DNA of 59,613 bases from Acidobacteriota bacterium (GTDB taxonomy: Bacteria; Acidobacteriota; Vicinamibacteria; Vicinamibacterales; CAVVIG01): NCBI GenBank assembly GCA_017883165.1, contig JADGOC010000004.1:1-59613 (forward strand). Direction: 5' to 3'. Positions 29,120-38,437 of this stretch are shown here, piece by piece (within the stretch, counting starts at the first letter, position 1; each line of letters begins with the position of its first letter). The position numbers and the translations under genes were made by a program. The notes beneath the pieces are model-generated. The model did no database searches. It saw nothing but the letters and a program-made list of their open reading frames with translations, and had not been told where the DNA came from.

Positions 29120-29793
29120 GAGGGCACGACCTCGACGAGCAGCTTCGACGCCGCCCGCGCGCCGATGGTGATCACGCGATCGTCCTTGCCGCGCAGCCGC
29201 ACCGAATCGGCGGCGGCGTCGCGCCGCTCAACTTCAACCGGCTGGCCGGGCTTCAGGTGGTTGTTCTCGATGAAGCGTAGGAACGCCGGATCCTGATCGG
29301 CGATGCGCGTGACGCGCAGTTTCTCGCCGATCGGACAGGTGAGCAGGCTGTCCAGCTCCCGCGGCGTGATCGCGCCGTCCGGGTTGGGAATCGGGTCGCC
29401 GTGCGGATCGTGCGTCGGATGACCGAGCATGTCGTCCATCCGCTCGATCAGCCGCTCGGAGACGACGTGCTCGAGCAGTTCGGCTTCCTCGTGCACTTCC
29501 GCCCAACTCATGCCCATCACCTGCACGAGAAACAGCTCCACCAGGCGATGGCGCCGCAGGACGAGTCCCGCCAGCGTTTCGCCGGCGCCGGTGAGCCGCA
29601 CGCCGCTATAGGGTTCGTATTCGGCGAGTCCCGACTCCGACAGCGCCTTGACCATCGTCGTCGCCGTGCCGGGCGTGACGCCGAGCGCCGCGGCCACCTG
29701 GCCCATGGGCACGAGTCGCTCCCCGGGCGGAAGCGCAGACTGTCCCTGGTAGATCGCCTTCAGGTAGTTCTCGACGGTGCTCGAAGGGAGCAT
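29116..29793 (-). CDS. mntR: DtxR/MntR family metal-dependent regulator
   Basis: ENYLKAIY, RRHRLVELFL, HEEAELLEH, DPHGDPIP, FeoA-like tail. Confidence 0.9.
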   Translation of the reverse strand: MLPSSTVENYLKAIYQGQSALPPGERLVPMGQVAAALGVTPGTATTMVKALSESGLAEYEPYSGVRLTGAGETLAGLVLRRHRLVELFLVQVMGMSWAEVHEEAELLEHVVSERLIERMDDMLGHPTHDPHGDPIPNPDGAITPRELDSLLTCPIGEKLRVTRIADQDPAFLRFIENNHLKPGQPVEVERRDAAADSVRLRGKDDRVITIGARAASKLLVEVVPS

Positions 29794-29815
29794 GCGGAGA
29801 TACTATCAGTCACTC

Positions 29816-30526
29816 ATGTCTGTGCGTGACCGCATTGCCACGCCTGAAGGCAAGCGCCGATACGTGCGCGGGCTGTTCGCGACGATCGCGGACCGCTACG
29901 ACTTCATCACGGTCGCCTTGTCGTACGGGCGCGATCGGCGGTGGAAACGGCGGCTGATCGATCTCGCGGCGCCCTCGCCAGGGATGCGGGCGGCGGACCT
30001 GGCGACCGGCACCGGCGACATCGCGTTCGCGTTGGCGGCGCGCGGCGCCCTCGTCGTGGGACTCGACGTCACGAAACGCATGATCGAGTTGGCGCGGGGG
30101 AAGATCACGGCGAGCCCCGCGCCCGAGTTTCTCGTCGGCGACATGGTCGCGCTGCCCTTTGCCAGCGGCGCTTTCGACATCGTGACCACCGGCTACGGCA
30201 TCCGCAACGTGCCCGATCTGCAGGCGTCGATCGACGAGATGCTGCGCGTGCTGAAGCCGGGCGGACAGGCGCTTTCGCTCGACTTCGATCGGCCGTCGAA
30301 CGCGCTGGTGCGAGCGGTATATCTGTCGTACTTGACGATCGTCGGCGGGGCGGTGGGATGGATGCTGCACCGCGACCCCGACACGTACCGCTACATCCCC
30401 GCGTCGATCCGCAACTATCCCGGAGCCGAGGCCGTGGCGCGCCTGATGGAGGCACGCGGCTTCTCGCGCGTGCGTCACTACCGCGTCCTCGGAGGCCTCA
30501 TGGCGATCCATCAGGCGTTCAAATGA
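29816..30526 (+). CDS. ubiE: UbiE/MenG family methyltransferase
   Basis: LFATIADRYD, DLATGTGD, GYGIRNV, RVLKPGG, YRYIPASI. Confidence 0.85.
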   Translation: MSVRDRIATPEGKRRYVRGLFATIADRYDFITVALSYGRDRRWKRRLIDLAAPSPGMRAADLATGTGDIAFALAARGALVVGLDVTKRMIELARGKITASPAPEFLVGDMVALPFASGAFDIVTTGYGIRNVPDLQASIDEMLRVLKPGGQALSLDFDRPSNALVRAVYLSYLTIVGGAVGWMLHRDPDTYRYIPASIRNYPGAEAVARLMEARGFSRVRHYRVLGGLMAIHQAFK

Positions 30527-30951
30527 GCCTCGATACGTCAAAATGGTCCGGGGAAGGGACCTTCACGCAGCTGCTGGTGGATCATCTGCAGCGGGTCGAC
30601 GGCGTGGCGCTCGTGCGCGTCGAAGACGCGCCAGCCAGCCGGTCGGAAGCCGACTACAATTTCATCAGCAACGAGGTGTACGTCGCATTCGCGACGGTGA
30701 GGCGCCGCGAGCGCGTGCTGCGGTTCGGGTTTCTGCCTGGCTCGAAGACCAGCGTCGACAAGGCGATGACGATCGCCGCTCTCGAAGCGGCGCTGGCGGG
30801 GATCCCGGACATCGGCGCGCCCGACTACAGCGATGAAGCCATGATGCAGTTTCTCCGTGCCGAGCGAATCGTGCCGCCGTATCAGACGCGCGGATATAAA
30901 CTGGTGGAGCTCGTGCGGGTGTACGAGGTCGGAGCCGTTCCTCGCGCCTAA
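30523..30951 (+). CDS. hypothetical protein
   Basis: ATGA overlap with ubiE stop; host-like codon usage. Confidence 0.65.
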   Translation: MSLDTSKWSGEGTFTQLLVDHLQRVDGVALVRVEDAPASRSEADYNFISNEVYVAFATVRRRERVLRFGFLPGSKTSVDKAMTIAALEAALAGIPDIGAPDYSDEAMMQFLRAERIVPPYQTRGYKLVELVRVYEVGAVPRA

Positions 30952-31048
30952 TGCGCCGGCCCGTTCGCGCCGACACAGAGCGTGTGCAACACTTCCGTGC
31001 GCATCGGCAAGACTGTGCAATCGCGCGCAAACGCGCGGCCCTGAGACC

Positions 31049-33193
31049 ATGAGCCTGGTTCCGTCACTGCTTCAGGCGATCGTCAGCCTCGACGGCGAGG
31101 CGTGCGTGATCCATGTCGGCGACAAGCCGTACGTGGTCGCGCCGTCCGGCCAGGTTGACCTGGCGACGCGCGGTCTGACGTTCGAAGCGGTGAACGGCAT
31201 CCTCGAACAGTTGCTGCCGGTGGACACGCTGAACGCGCTCGACGAGTTCGGCGCGATCCAGTACGAGCTGCCCGCGCGTTCCGAATTCCGCCACGAATAC
31301 TTCACCGTCGTCGCCGCCCGCGGGGGAGAGGACGTGTGGGTCGAGATTCGGCGCAAGCGTGCGCCGGAAGAGGACCGCGTTCCGATCGAGGCCTTCGTCA
31401 CGCCGGAGCCCATCGCCGCGCACGATCCCGAGTCGATGCGACAGGATCCTGGCGAGGATCTGTTGATGCCGGATTCCACTGATTTGTGGCCGGATGTGGC
31501 GGAGGCGCCGGTCGAGGTGCCGCTCAACGACGAGACGGAGTGGGAGCCGGTGCAGGAATCGGCGGTCGAGGAGATCCATCTTCCTTCGTCGATCGAAATC
31601 GATCAGCCGCCACGGCCGTCGCTGTACGCCGTACCGCGGCTCGAGCCGGAGACGCCTCTCGAGAACGAGGCGCCGATCGCGCCAGCTGCGCAGCACGCGC
31701 CGCCGCTCGTGAAATACGCACCGTCTCTGGAGTCCACGCCGCCCCCGGCGCAATATACACCGCCCCCGGCGCAATACACACCGCCGCCGGCGCAATACAC
31801 ACCGCCGCCGGTGCAGTCCGCGCCGCCGCCGGTGCAGTCCGCGCCGCCGCCGGTGCAGTCCACGCCGCCGCCGGTGCAGTCCACGCCGCCGCCGGTGCAG
31901 TCCGCGTCGCCGCCGGTGCAGTCCGCGCCGCCGCCGGTGCAGTACACGCCGCCGCCGGTGCAGTACGCACCGCCGCCAGTGCCGTACGCGCCGCCGCCGG
32001 TGCTCGAGCGCGCTGAACCGGTGCAACCCGCGGTGGTCCTGCCGCTGTCGCGCAACCCGGTTCGTGGCGAGGCGCCGCCGATCCTGACCGGATCGTTTTC
32101 TGGCACAGGGCTCGATCGGCTGTTGCGGGTCGCGGCGGCTCGCGGGGCGTCCACGCTGTACCTCGCCTCGCTGGCGCGGCCGTCGATGCGGGTCGACGGC
32201 GAGATTCAGATGCTCGACGAGGGGGCGCTCGGGCCGAGCGACGTCGAGGCGCTGCTCATCGATCTGATGCCGGAGCGCAACCGCGAGGCGCTTCGGAGCG
32301 GTGTCAGCACCGAGTGGATTTGCGACGTGCCGGACGTGGGCCGCGTGCGCTGCATGACGTTCCGCGATCATCGCGGCGCCGGCGGCATTTTCCGCATGAT
32401 GCCGGTCCGCGCGATCTCGGCCGATCAGCTCGGGCTGTCGCGCGAAATTCAGGCGCTCGCCGCCGAGCCCGAGGGCCTCGTGCTGGTGGCGGGACCGCGC
32501 TCGAGCGGCAAGAGCACGCTCATCTCGGCGTTCGTCGACTTGATCAACCGGACGCGCCGCGATCACGTCATCACGATCGAGAGCGAGATCAAGATCGTGC
32601 ACGAGAACCGCAACTCGCTCGTCAGCCAGCGCGAAGTCCGCGGCGACGCCGAGGAGATGCTGGCGGTCGCGCGCGCCGCGATCCGCGAGAACCCGGACGT
32701 GCTCGTCATCGAAGAGCTGCGGACGGCCGACATAGTCACCGTCGCGCTCGACGCCGCTAATTCCGGCCACCTGGTCATCGGCGCGCTCCCGGCGCACACC
32801 GCGTCCGGCGCCGTCGATCGCATCATCGATTTGTATCAGCCCGAGTACCGCCGCCACGTGCAGCTCGCACTGGCCGAAAATCTGCGCGGCATCGTCGCGC
32901 AGGTGCTCGTTCGCAAGCCCGGCGGCGGTCGGGTCGCCGCGCGCGAGGTGCTGCTGAATACATCGGCCGTGGCCAGCGTCATCGCGGAAGGGAAGACGTC
33001 GCAGCTGCCGATGGCGATCGAGGGCGGCCGCAAGCACGGGATGCTGCCGCTCAACGACTCACTGGTCGGCTTCGTGCAGAGCGGCACGATTGACGCGCTC
33101 GAGGCCTACCGCCGCGCCGCCGATCGAACCGGGTTCCTCGCGCTCCTCAAACGGCAGGGCATCGACATCTCCTTCGCGGAGCGGCTGGCTTAA
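31049..33193 (+). CDS. PilT/PilU-like ATPase paralog with duplicated N-domain and Pro-rich repeat
   Basis: GLVLVAGPRSSGKST, SQREV, AIRENPDV, GRVAAREVLLNT. Confidence 0.88.
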   Translation: MSLVPSLLQAIVSLDGEACVIHVGDKPYVVAPSGQVDLATRGLTFEAVNGILEQLLPVDTLNALDEFGAIQYELPARSEFRHEYFTVVAARGGEDVWVEIRRKRAPEEDRVPIEAFVTPEPIAAHDPESMRQDPGEDLLMPDSTDLWPDVAEAPVEVPLNDETEWEPVQESAVEEIHLPSSIEIDQPPRPSLYAVPRLEPETPLENEAPIAPAAQHAPPLVKYAPSLESTPPPAQYTPPPAQYTPPPAQYTPPPVQSAPPPVQSAPPPVQSTPPPVQSTPPPVQSASPPVQSAPPPVQYTPPPVQYAPPPVPYAPPPVLERAEPVQPAVVLPLSRNPVRGEAPPILTGSFSGTGLDRLLRVAAARGASTLYLASLARPSMRVDGEIQMLDEGALGPSDVEALLIDLMPERNREALRSGVSTEWICDVPDVGRVRCMTFRDHRGAGGIFRMMPVRAISADQLGLSREIQALAAEPEGLVLVAGPRSSGKSTLISAFVDLINRTRRDHVITIESEIKIVHENRNSLVSQREVRGDAEEMLAVARAAIRENPDVLVIEELRTADIVTVALDAANSGHLVIGALPAHTASGAVDRIIDLYQPEYRRHVQLALAENLRGIVAQVLVRKPGGGRVAAREVLLNTSAVASVIAEGKTSQLPMAIEGGRKHGMLPLNDSLVGFVQSGTIDALEAYRRAADRTGFLALLKRQGIDISFAERLA
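31739..32002 (+). repeat. 21-bp coding tandem repeat, about 13 copies
   Basis: ccgccgccggtgcagt(c/a)c(g/a)cg encoding PPP(V/A)Q(S/Y)(A/T). Confidence 0.95.
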
Positions 33194-33200
33194 ACACCCC

Positions 33201-33626
33201 CTACCCGACGAACTGTTCCAGTTCCTTCATCACAAACCGCAACACGTCGTCCTCGGTGAGATCGCGGATGGCGCCGCTGTCGGCGAGCGGCCACTCCGAC
33301 TCCCGCACGCGGCGGCCGCGGCTGCGGCTGGCGTGCCCGATCACCCGTGGATCGTCGCCCTCGGTGTCGAGCCGGAGCTCGATGTAGTCCTCCGCCGACC
33401 GGTCCGACATCAACCTGACGCTGCCGCCCGGCGTGAAGACGTTGAACAGATGCCCCTCGGCGCGCAGCACATTGGCGATCTGACGAAAGATCGGCACCGC
33501 GATCTGCGCGAGGAACGCCTCGTACTCGCGCGCCGCCTCGTCGACCCGCGCGCGCCGCGCCGCCGACGCCCGCTTGGCGCGATCGATCGTTTCGAGCACT
33601 CGTTTCTTGACGTCTGAAATTTCCAT
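33201..33626 (-). CDS. hypothetical protein
   Basis: 141-aa ORF with host-like codon usage; TAAAGT 6 nt before ATG. Confidence 0.75.
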   Translation of the reverse strand: MEISDVKKRVLETIDRAKRASAARRARVDEAAREYEAFLAQIAVPIFRQIANVLRAEGHLFNVFTPGGSVRLMSDRSAEDYIELRLDTEGDDPRVIGHASRSRGRRVRESEWPLADSGAIRDLTEDDVLRFVMKELEQFVG

Positions 33627-33657
33627 GGTTCTACTTTACCGGCATCATAATGAAGGA

Positions 33658-33897
33658 ATGATTATCGTCTACGCGGGCAGTGCCTGACAGAGCTGCGAAC
33701 AAGTGAAAGAGTTGCTTTCACACGCAGGCGTCGCGTTCATCGCGAAAAACGTCGACGAGGACGACCGGGCGTACGACGAGCTGCTGGCCCTCAAGCTTCG
33801 CACCGTGCCGGTCACCATCATCGGCGATCGCGTCATCACAGGGTTCGATCCGGACGCGCTCGAGAGCGCGCTCGCCGGGCTGGCGGGCGGCCCCTGA
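33658..33897 (+). CDS. selenocysteine-containing glutaredoxin/NrdH-like protein (UxxC)
   Basis: MIIVYAGSA-U(TGA 33685-33687)-QSCEQVKELL...RTVPVTIIGDRVITGFD; thioredoxin-fold motifs continue in frame across the TGA. Confidence 0.88.
33693..33727 (+). promoter_or_regulatory. bacterial SECIS-like hairpin
   Basis: GTGAAAG-agttg-CTTTCAC (33703-33721) on a lower stem ctgcg/cgcag; apical loop 22 nt after the UGA. Confidence 0.8.
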
Positions 33898-34957
33898 GGC
33901 CCCTGGGGCCATTGACGTCCCTGCCGATCGTAATGAGGTCCGACAGCAGCGCGTAGGCGGTCTGCGTCAGCCCGGCCCCTCGCTGGACCACCGCCACCTC
34001 GCCGAGTAGGTCGGTGTGCAGAATGATCGCGTTCTGCTGACCCTCGAGCCCGGCGAGCAGGTCGTCGTCCGGCAGCTCTTCCGGCGCGACCCTCGCCGTG
34101 ATGCGCCCGTCTTCGCGAGCCGCCCGCGCCACCAGCTTCAACCGCCGCCCCGCCGCCCGCGCCTCCATCGCCGGCCGGCCGAGCTCGGCCGAAATGCCGA
34201 CCCGCTCGACATCCCGGGGCGTGAGCCGCGCATCGAGCAGCACGTTGGCGAGCGCCGCAGTCTTGGCGGCCGCGTCCCAGCCGTCGACGTCGAGCGAGGC
34301 GTCCGATTCAGCGATGCCCATCGCCTGCATTTCCGACAGCGCCTCGGCGAACGGTTGTCCCTGCTCCATCGCGGTCAAAATGAAGTTGGTCGTGCTGTTG
34401 ACCACGCCACGGAATCCGAGGATCGTGACGGCGGGCAGCGTCTCGCGCACGAGATTGAAGATCGGAACGCCGTCCATCACGGCGCCCTCGAACAGAAATC
34501 GCCGGTCGGCGCGCGAGGCGGCCGCGGCCAGCGCGTGATAGGCGAACGCGACCGGCCCCTTGTTCGCGGTGATGACGTGCGCGCCACTGGCCAGGCCGGC
34601 GCGGACGTGCTCAATCGCCGGCTGCCCACGCGTGATGTCGAGCGTCGTCGTTTCGACGACGATGAGGCGCCGCTCGCGCGCGGCGTCGTTCGCGGCCGCG
34701 ACGTCGGCGATGAAGTCCGCCGCGGGCCGCTCCTCCCGGCTTCTGCCGATCCGCTCGCCTCGCGCCACGCGATTGATGAGCGCCGCCGCGTCGAGCCCGC
34801 GCACGGCTGACGCCGCCCCGTGCCGCCGCGTCGCCACGCCCACGACCCGCACGGCGATCCGCTCCCGCGCGAGCGCCGCGCGCTGCTCCTCCAGAAGCGT
34901 GACGAACCGCTGCGCGACGTGCCCGAAGCCGACGAGCACCAACTCGAACGTCGTCAT
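33836..34957 (-). CDS. hom: homoserine dehydrogenase
   Basis: VGFGHVA, VITANKGP, FEGAVMDGVP, GVVNSTTNFIL, DVDGWDAAAK. Confidence 0.92.
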   Translation of the reverse strand: MTTFELVLVGFGHVAQRFVTLLEEQRAALARERIAVRVVGVATRRHGAASAVRGLDAAALINRVARGERIGRSREERPAADFIADVAAANDAARERRLIVVETTTLDITRGQPAIEHVRAGLASGAHVITANKGPVAFAYHALAAAASRADRRFLFEGAVMDGVPIFNLVRETLPAVTILGFRGVVNSTTNFILTAMEQGQPFAEALSEMQAMGIAESDASLDVDGWDAAAKTAALANVLLDARLTPRDVERVGISAELGRPAMEARAAGRRLKLVARAAREDGRITARVAPEELPDDDLLAGLEGQQNAIILHTDLLGEVAVVQRGAGLTQTAYALLSDLITIGRDVNGPRGLRGRPPARRARSRARPDRTL

Positions 34958-36147
34958 GTGGGCGCCGACGCCGGCAACGTGTCCGACACCGGCTCCGCGC
35001 CCGATACTGGCTTCGTGCTGGACACGCCGAGCTCGACGAGCAGCTCCTGCAGCCGGTTCAGCCCTTGGCGCATGTAGTCGGTCTCGTCGCCGAAACCGAT
35101 CCGCAGATAGCCGTCCATGCCGAAGTGATCGCCCGGCACGATCAACACGCTCTTCTGCTCGCGCAGGCGGTTGACCAGGTCCGTCGAGTTGATCGGATGG
35201 TGATACCGCACGTAGACGATCGCTCCGGCGTCTGGCGGCGCATAGCTGAAGAGCGCGCCGTGACTGTCGAGCCACCCGGCCATGATCGGATAGTTCGCGT
35301 TCAGAATCGTGCGCGTCCGCGCGAGAATCTGCGCGCGGCGGGCCGGCTCGAGCGCCCGGCGGGCAAGCGCGTCACTCAGCGCGCCCGGCGAAATCGTCGT
35401 GTAGTCGTGGTACGACCACAGCGAGGCGACGAGCGCCGGCGGTCCCGCGATCCATCCGATGCGCAGCCCCGGGAGGCCGTACGCCTTCGACAGCCCGCTC
35501 GTCACAATCGTGCGATCGTACCGGCCCCACATCGACGGCGTCTCGCGGCCGTCACGTTCCGCGCCGCGATAAATTTCATCGGACAGCACCCAGCTCCCAT
35601 GCCGGCTGGCGATCGCCGCGACGGCGTCGAGGTCGCTCGCCTCGATCCGCGCGCCGGTCGGGTTGTTCGGATTGCAGATGATGATGAGCTTGGTGCGCGC
35701 CGACACGATCTGCTCGAGCGCGCCGAGATCCACCTGCCACCGCGCTGGAGATCCCGCCAGCACGAGCGGCCATTCCTTCACCGTGCCGCCGAACGCGCGC
35801 GCCAGGCCGCGCGTCTGCATGTAGTTGGGCACCATCAGCACCACGTCGTCGCCGGGCTCGACGAGCCGCCACGTCGTGATGTAGTTGGCCTCGGAACCGC
35901 CGTTGGTCACCTGGATGTGATCGGTCGTCGCCCCCGGATAGATCCGCGCAATCGAGGTGCGCAGGGCAATCGTGCCGTTCGACTGGATGTAGCGGAGGGG
36001 CTCGGCCAGCAGCTGCTCGCGCGCCGCCGCGTCCTCCACCAGATCGCCGAGACGCAGCGCGTGCACGCCGCTCTCCGACAGGTTGAAGGCCACCTGGTTT
36101 TCATAGGTGGATTGCATGCGTTCCATGGCAAACGGTTCGAGTTTCAT
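34954..36147 (-). CDS. class I/II PLP aminotransferase
   Basis: NPNNPTG, SDEIYR, SGLSKAYGLPGLRIGW. Confidence 0.92.
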   Translation of the reverse strand: MKLEPFAMERMQSTYENQVAFNLSESGVHALRLGDLVEDAAAREQLLAEPLRYIQSNGTIALRTSIARIYPGATTDHIQVTNGGSEANYITTWRLVEPGDDVVLMVPNYMQTRGLARAFGGTVKEWPLVLAGSPARWQVDLGALEQIVSARTKLIIICNPNNPTGARIEASDLDAVAAIASRHGSWVLSDEIYRGAERDGRETPSMWGRYDRTIVTSGLSKAYGLPGLRIGWIAGPPALVASLWSYHDYTTISPGALSDALARRALEPARRAQILARTRTILNANYPIMAGWLDSHGALFSYAPPDAGAIVYVRYHHPINSTDLVNRLREQKSVLIVPGDHFGMDGYLRIGFGDETDYMRQGLNRLQELLVELGVSSTKPVSGAEPVSDTLPASAPT

Positions 36148-36215
36148 GGCGCTCACTTTACTCCGTTTTTTTCGGCGAAAGACGCCCTGGCTACCTGGAC
36201 TATACTGGCGTCTTC

Positions 36216-37058
36216 GTGACAAGTAACGACACGCACGGACCACGACCCGGCGGCGGGACGGGCCGGGCGATGGCGGCCACCTCGGCGCCAAATCTGGCGC
36301 GTATTCCCGCCGGCGAATTCCTGATGGGGGCGTCTGACGCCGAGGAAGACGAGCGCCCGGTCCATCGCGTCTACATCAGCGAGTTCTTCATCGGCCGCTT
36401 TCCCGTGACCCACGACGAGTACGCGCGCTTCGTGCGCGCGACCGGTCACCCGGCGCCGGCCATCCGCGGGCTGCCGCTCATCGCCGCCGCCGGGCGCGAC
36501 GCCCTGTTCAAGGAGATGGCCGCTCCGTACGTGTGGGAAGAAAACGAGCCGCCAGTCGGGCACGGCAGCCACCCCATCGTCCTCGTGCAGTACGACGATG
36601 CGCTCGCGTACTGCCGGTGGCTGTCCGACTCGCTCGGACGCGCCGTGCGTCTGCCGACCGAAGCGGAGTGGGAAAAGGCGGCACGCGGCGGCGTCGAAGG
36701 CCACCGGTATCCCTGGGGCAACGACATCGATCCCGCGCGCTGCAATTTCCTCGTGGATCCGTCGGTGAAGCGGCAGCGCGGCACGCGGCCGACCGGCACC
36801 TTTCCGCCCAATCCTTACGGCTTGTACGACATGTGCGGCAACGTGTGGGAATGGGTGTCGGACTGGTACGGCGCGGAGTACTACGGCAACGGCGACCCGC
36901 GCGATCCGCGCGGTCCGTCGTCAGGCGCCATGCGCATCGTCCGCGGCGGATCGTGGGTGAACGACGACGTGTCGATGCTCCGCTGCGCGTATCGGCACAA
37001 AGTCCCGCCCGACACCTACGCCTACAGCGTCGGCTTCCGCATCGTCTGCGCAGCGTAG
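36216..37058 (+). CDS. formylglycine-generating enzyme (SUMF1) family protein
   Basis: GEFLMG, RLPTEAEWEKAARGG, YGLYDMCGNVWEW, RGGSW, GFR; alternative start ATG 36270. Confidence 0.9.
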   Translation: MTSNDTHGPRPGGGTGRAMAATSAPNLARIPAGEFLMGASDAEEDERPVHRVYISEFFIGRFPVTHDEYARFVRATGHPAPAIRGLPLIAAAGRDALFKEMAAPYVWEENEPPVGHGSHPIVLVQYDDALAYCRWLSDSLGRAVRLPTEAEWEKAARGGVEGHRYPWGNDIDPARCNFLVDPSVKRQRGTRPTGTFPPNPYGLYDMCGNVWEWVSDWYGAEYYGNGDPRDPRGPSSGAMRIVRGGSWVNDDVSMLRCAYRHKVPPDTYAYSVGFRIVCAA

Positions 37059-37061
37059 GCG

Positions 37062-37694
37062 ATGGCGTCCCGTTCTCTGACACCCGAAGGCTACGCGCGC
37101 GCCCGGCGGCTGCTGATCCGCCGCGACCCCGTCCTCGGCGCCGCCATCAAGCGCATCGGCCCGTGCGCGCTCGCCTCGCGCCAGCGCAACGATCATCTGT
37201 CCGCGCTCGCCGGCGCGATCGTCAGCCAGCAGCTCTCGACCAAGGCGGCCGCGACGATCTTCGGACGCTTTCTCGCGCTGTTTCCAGACGGAGAGATTCC
37301 CGGCGCGGCGGCGATCGCCGCGATCGACGACGGGGCGCTGCGCGGCGTCGGCCTGAGCGGGCAGAAGGTCGGCTACGTGCGCGATCTGTGCGGACGGATT
37401 GCGGACGGCCGGCTGCGCCTCGACGAGCTCGACGCGCTGCCCGACGATGACGTCATCGAGCGGCTGACGTCGGTGAAGGGCTTCGGCCGCTGGACCGCGG
37501 AGATGTTTCTGATGTTCAGATTGCACCGGCCCGACGTGCTGCCGGCGGACGATCTCGGAATCGTCAAGGCGGTGCAGAAGCTGTACGGCCTGCGGAAGAC
37601 GCCCGACGCCAAACGGATTCTGAGAATCGGCGAGGCCTGGCGGCCGTATCGATCGGTCGCGTCGTGGTATCTGTGGCAGAGCCTCACACGGTGA
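37062..37694 (+). CDS. alkA: DNA-3-methyladenine glycosylase II family
   Basis: IVSQQLS, KGFGRWTAEMFL, PADDLG, WRPYRS. Confidence 0.9.
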   Translation: MASRSLTPEGYARARRLLIRRDPVLGAAIKRIGPCALASRQRNDHLSALAGAIVSQQLSTKAAATIFGRFLALFPDGEIPGAAAIAAIDDGALRGVGLSGQKVGYVRDLCGRIADGRLRLDELDALPDDDVIERLTSVKGFGRWTAEMFLMFRLHRPDVLPADDLGIVKAVQKLYGLRKTPDAKRILRIGEAWRPYRSVASWYLWQSLTR

Positions 37695-38352
37695 GCTTCA
37701 GGTAGATCAAGAGAAAGCCGGCCGCGATCGCGATGAGCGTGCCGCGCTCGCTGAAGAACGTCTCTCGCCAGGAAAAAGCCACACCTGGAGTCGAAGAAGT
37801 CGGAGCGAATTGTCCGCGACGGCTTTTGGGCAGCCAGCGTGGCACGCGCGTGATATACGCGCGGTACTCCTCGCCGCGGCGCGACTCGAGCAGCGTTTCT
37901 TCCCACCGCACGATCGCGTGGTACTCGAAGCCCAGGATCACGATGATGATCGGCACGATCCAGAGCAGGCGCAGGGACAGCGCGAAGCCGACCCACAGCG
38001 CGATGTTGCCGAGGTAAAGCGGATTGCGAACGAGGGCGAACGGTCCGGTCGACACGAGCGGCCCGAGCCGATCGCTTCGCGTGCGCGAGATGGCGCCGAT
38101 GTGATGCACGCCCCACAGCCGGATGCATTCCCCGAGCGCGACGACGGCTGCACCGAGGAGGAATGGGGGCGGGGATATGTCCCTGCGGGTGGGAATCAGC
38201 AGCAAGGCGATGGCCAGCGGCAGCGGGAGCCAGGTGCGGCGCTCGAAGAGCCACGCGCCGATGCGGACCATCGCGGCCGTCGCAACGATCCCGCCAGGGG
38301 CGTCCGGATCTCGTTGCTGGTGTGAGGTTTGCGGCGCAGAAGCCGAGGTCAT
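37684..38352 (-). CDS. isoprenylcysteine carboxyl methyltransferase family membrane protein
   Basis: LVSTGPFALVRNPLYLG, EETLL, YRAYITRVPRW. Confidence 0.88.
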   Translation of the reverse strand: MTSASAPQTSHQQRDPDAPGGIVATAAMVRIGAWLFERRTWLPLPLAIALLLIPTRRDISPPPFLLGAAVVALGECIRLWGVHHIGAISRTRSDRLGPLVSTGPFALVRNPLYLGNIALWVGFALSLRLLWIVPIIIVILGFEYHAIVRWEETLLESRRGEEYRAYITRVPRWLPKSRRGQFAPTSSTPGVAFSWRETFFSERGTLIAIAAGFLLIYLKLTV

Positions 38353-38378
38353 CGCGAGCGGTCAGAGTATAGCAAGGA

Positions 38379-38428
38379 TTGACAGCGGAACAGGCGTTGA
38401 TATAATTCGGACTAGTTCGGTCGTATAT
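38379..38428 (+). promoter_or_regulatory. sigma70 promoter overlapped by an IscR/Rrf2 type-1-like operator
   Basis: TTGACA-N16-TATAAT (38379-38406); aattcgGACTAgttcgGTCgtatat (38404-38428). Confidence 0.75.
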
Positions 38429-38437
38429 AAATTAGTG

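Noticed and set aside
30983-31020. Possible sigma54 or ECF promoter before the PilT paralog
   Set aside because: GG-GC spacing is 9 rather than 10; the TGTGCAACAC shared with 25425 has no matching CGTC -10 element
31739-32002. Tandem repeats as a CRISPR array
   Set aside because: Contiguous 21-bp in-frame units with no unique spacers and no cas genes
36216-37058. True formylglycine-generating enzyme activity
   Set aside because: Lacks the Cys-rich catalytic segment after RGGS and no sulfatase is nearby; family-level call only
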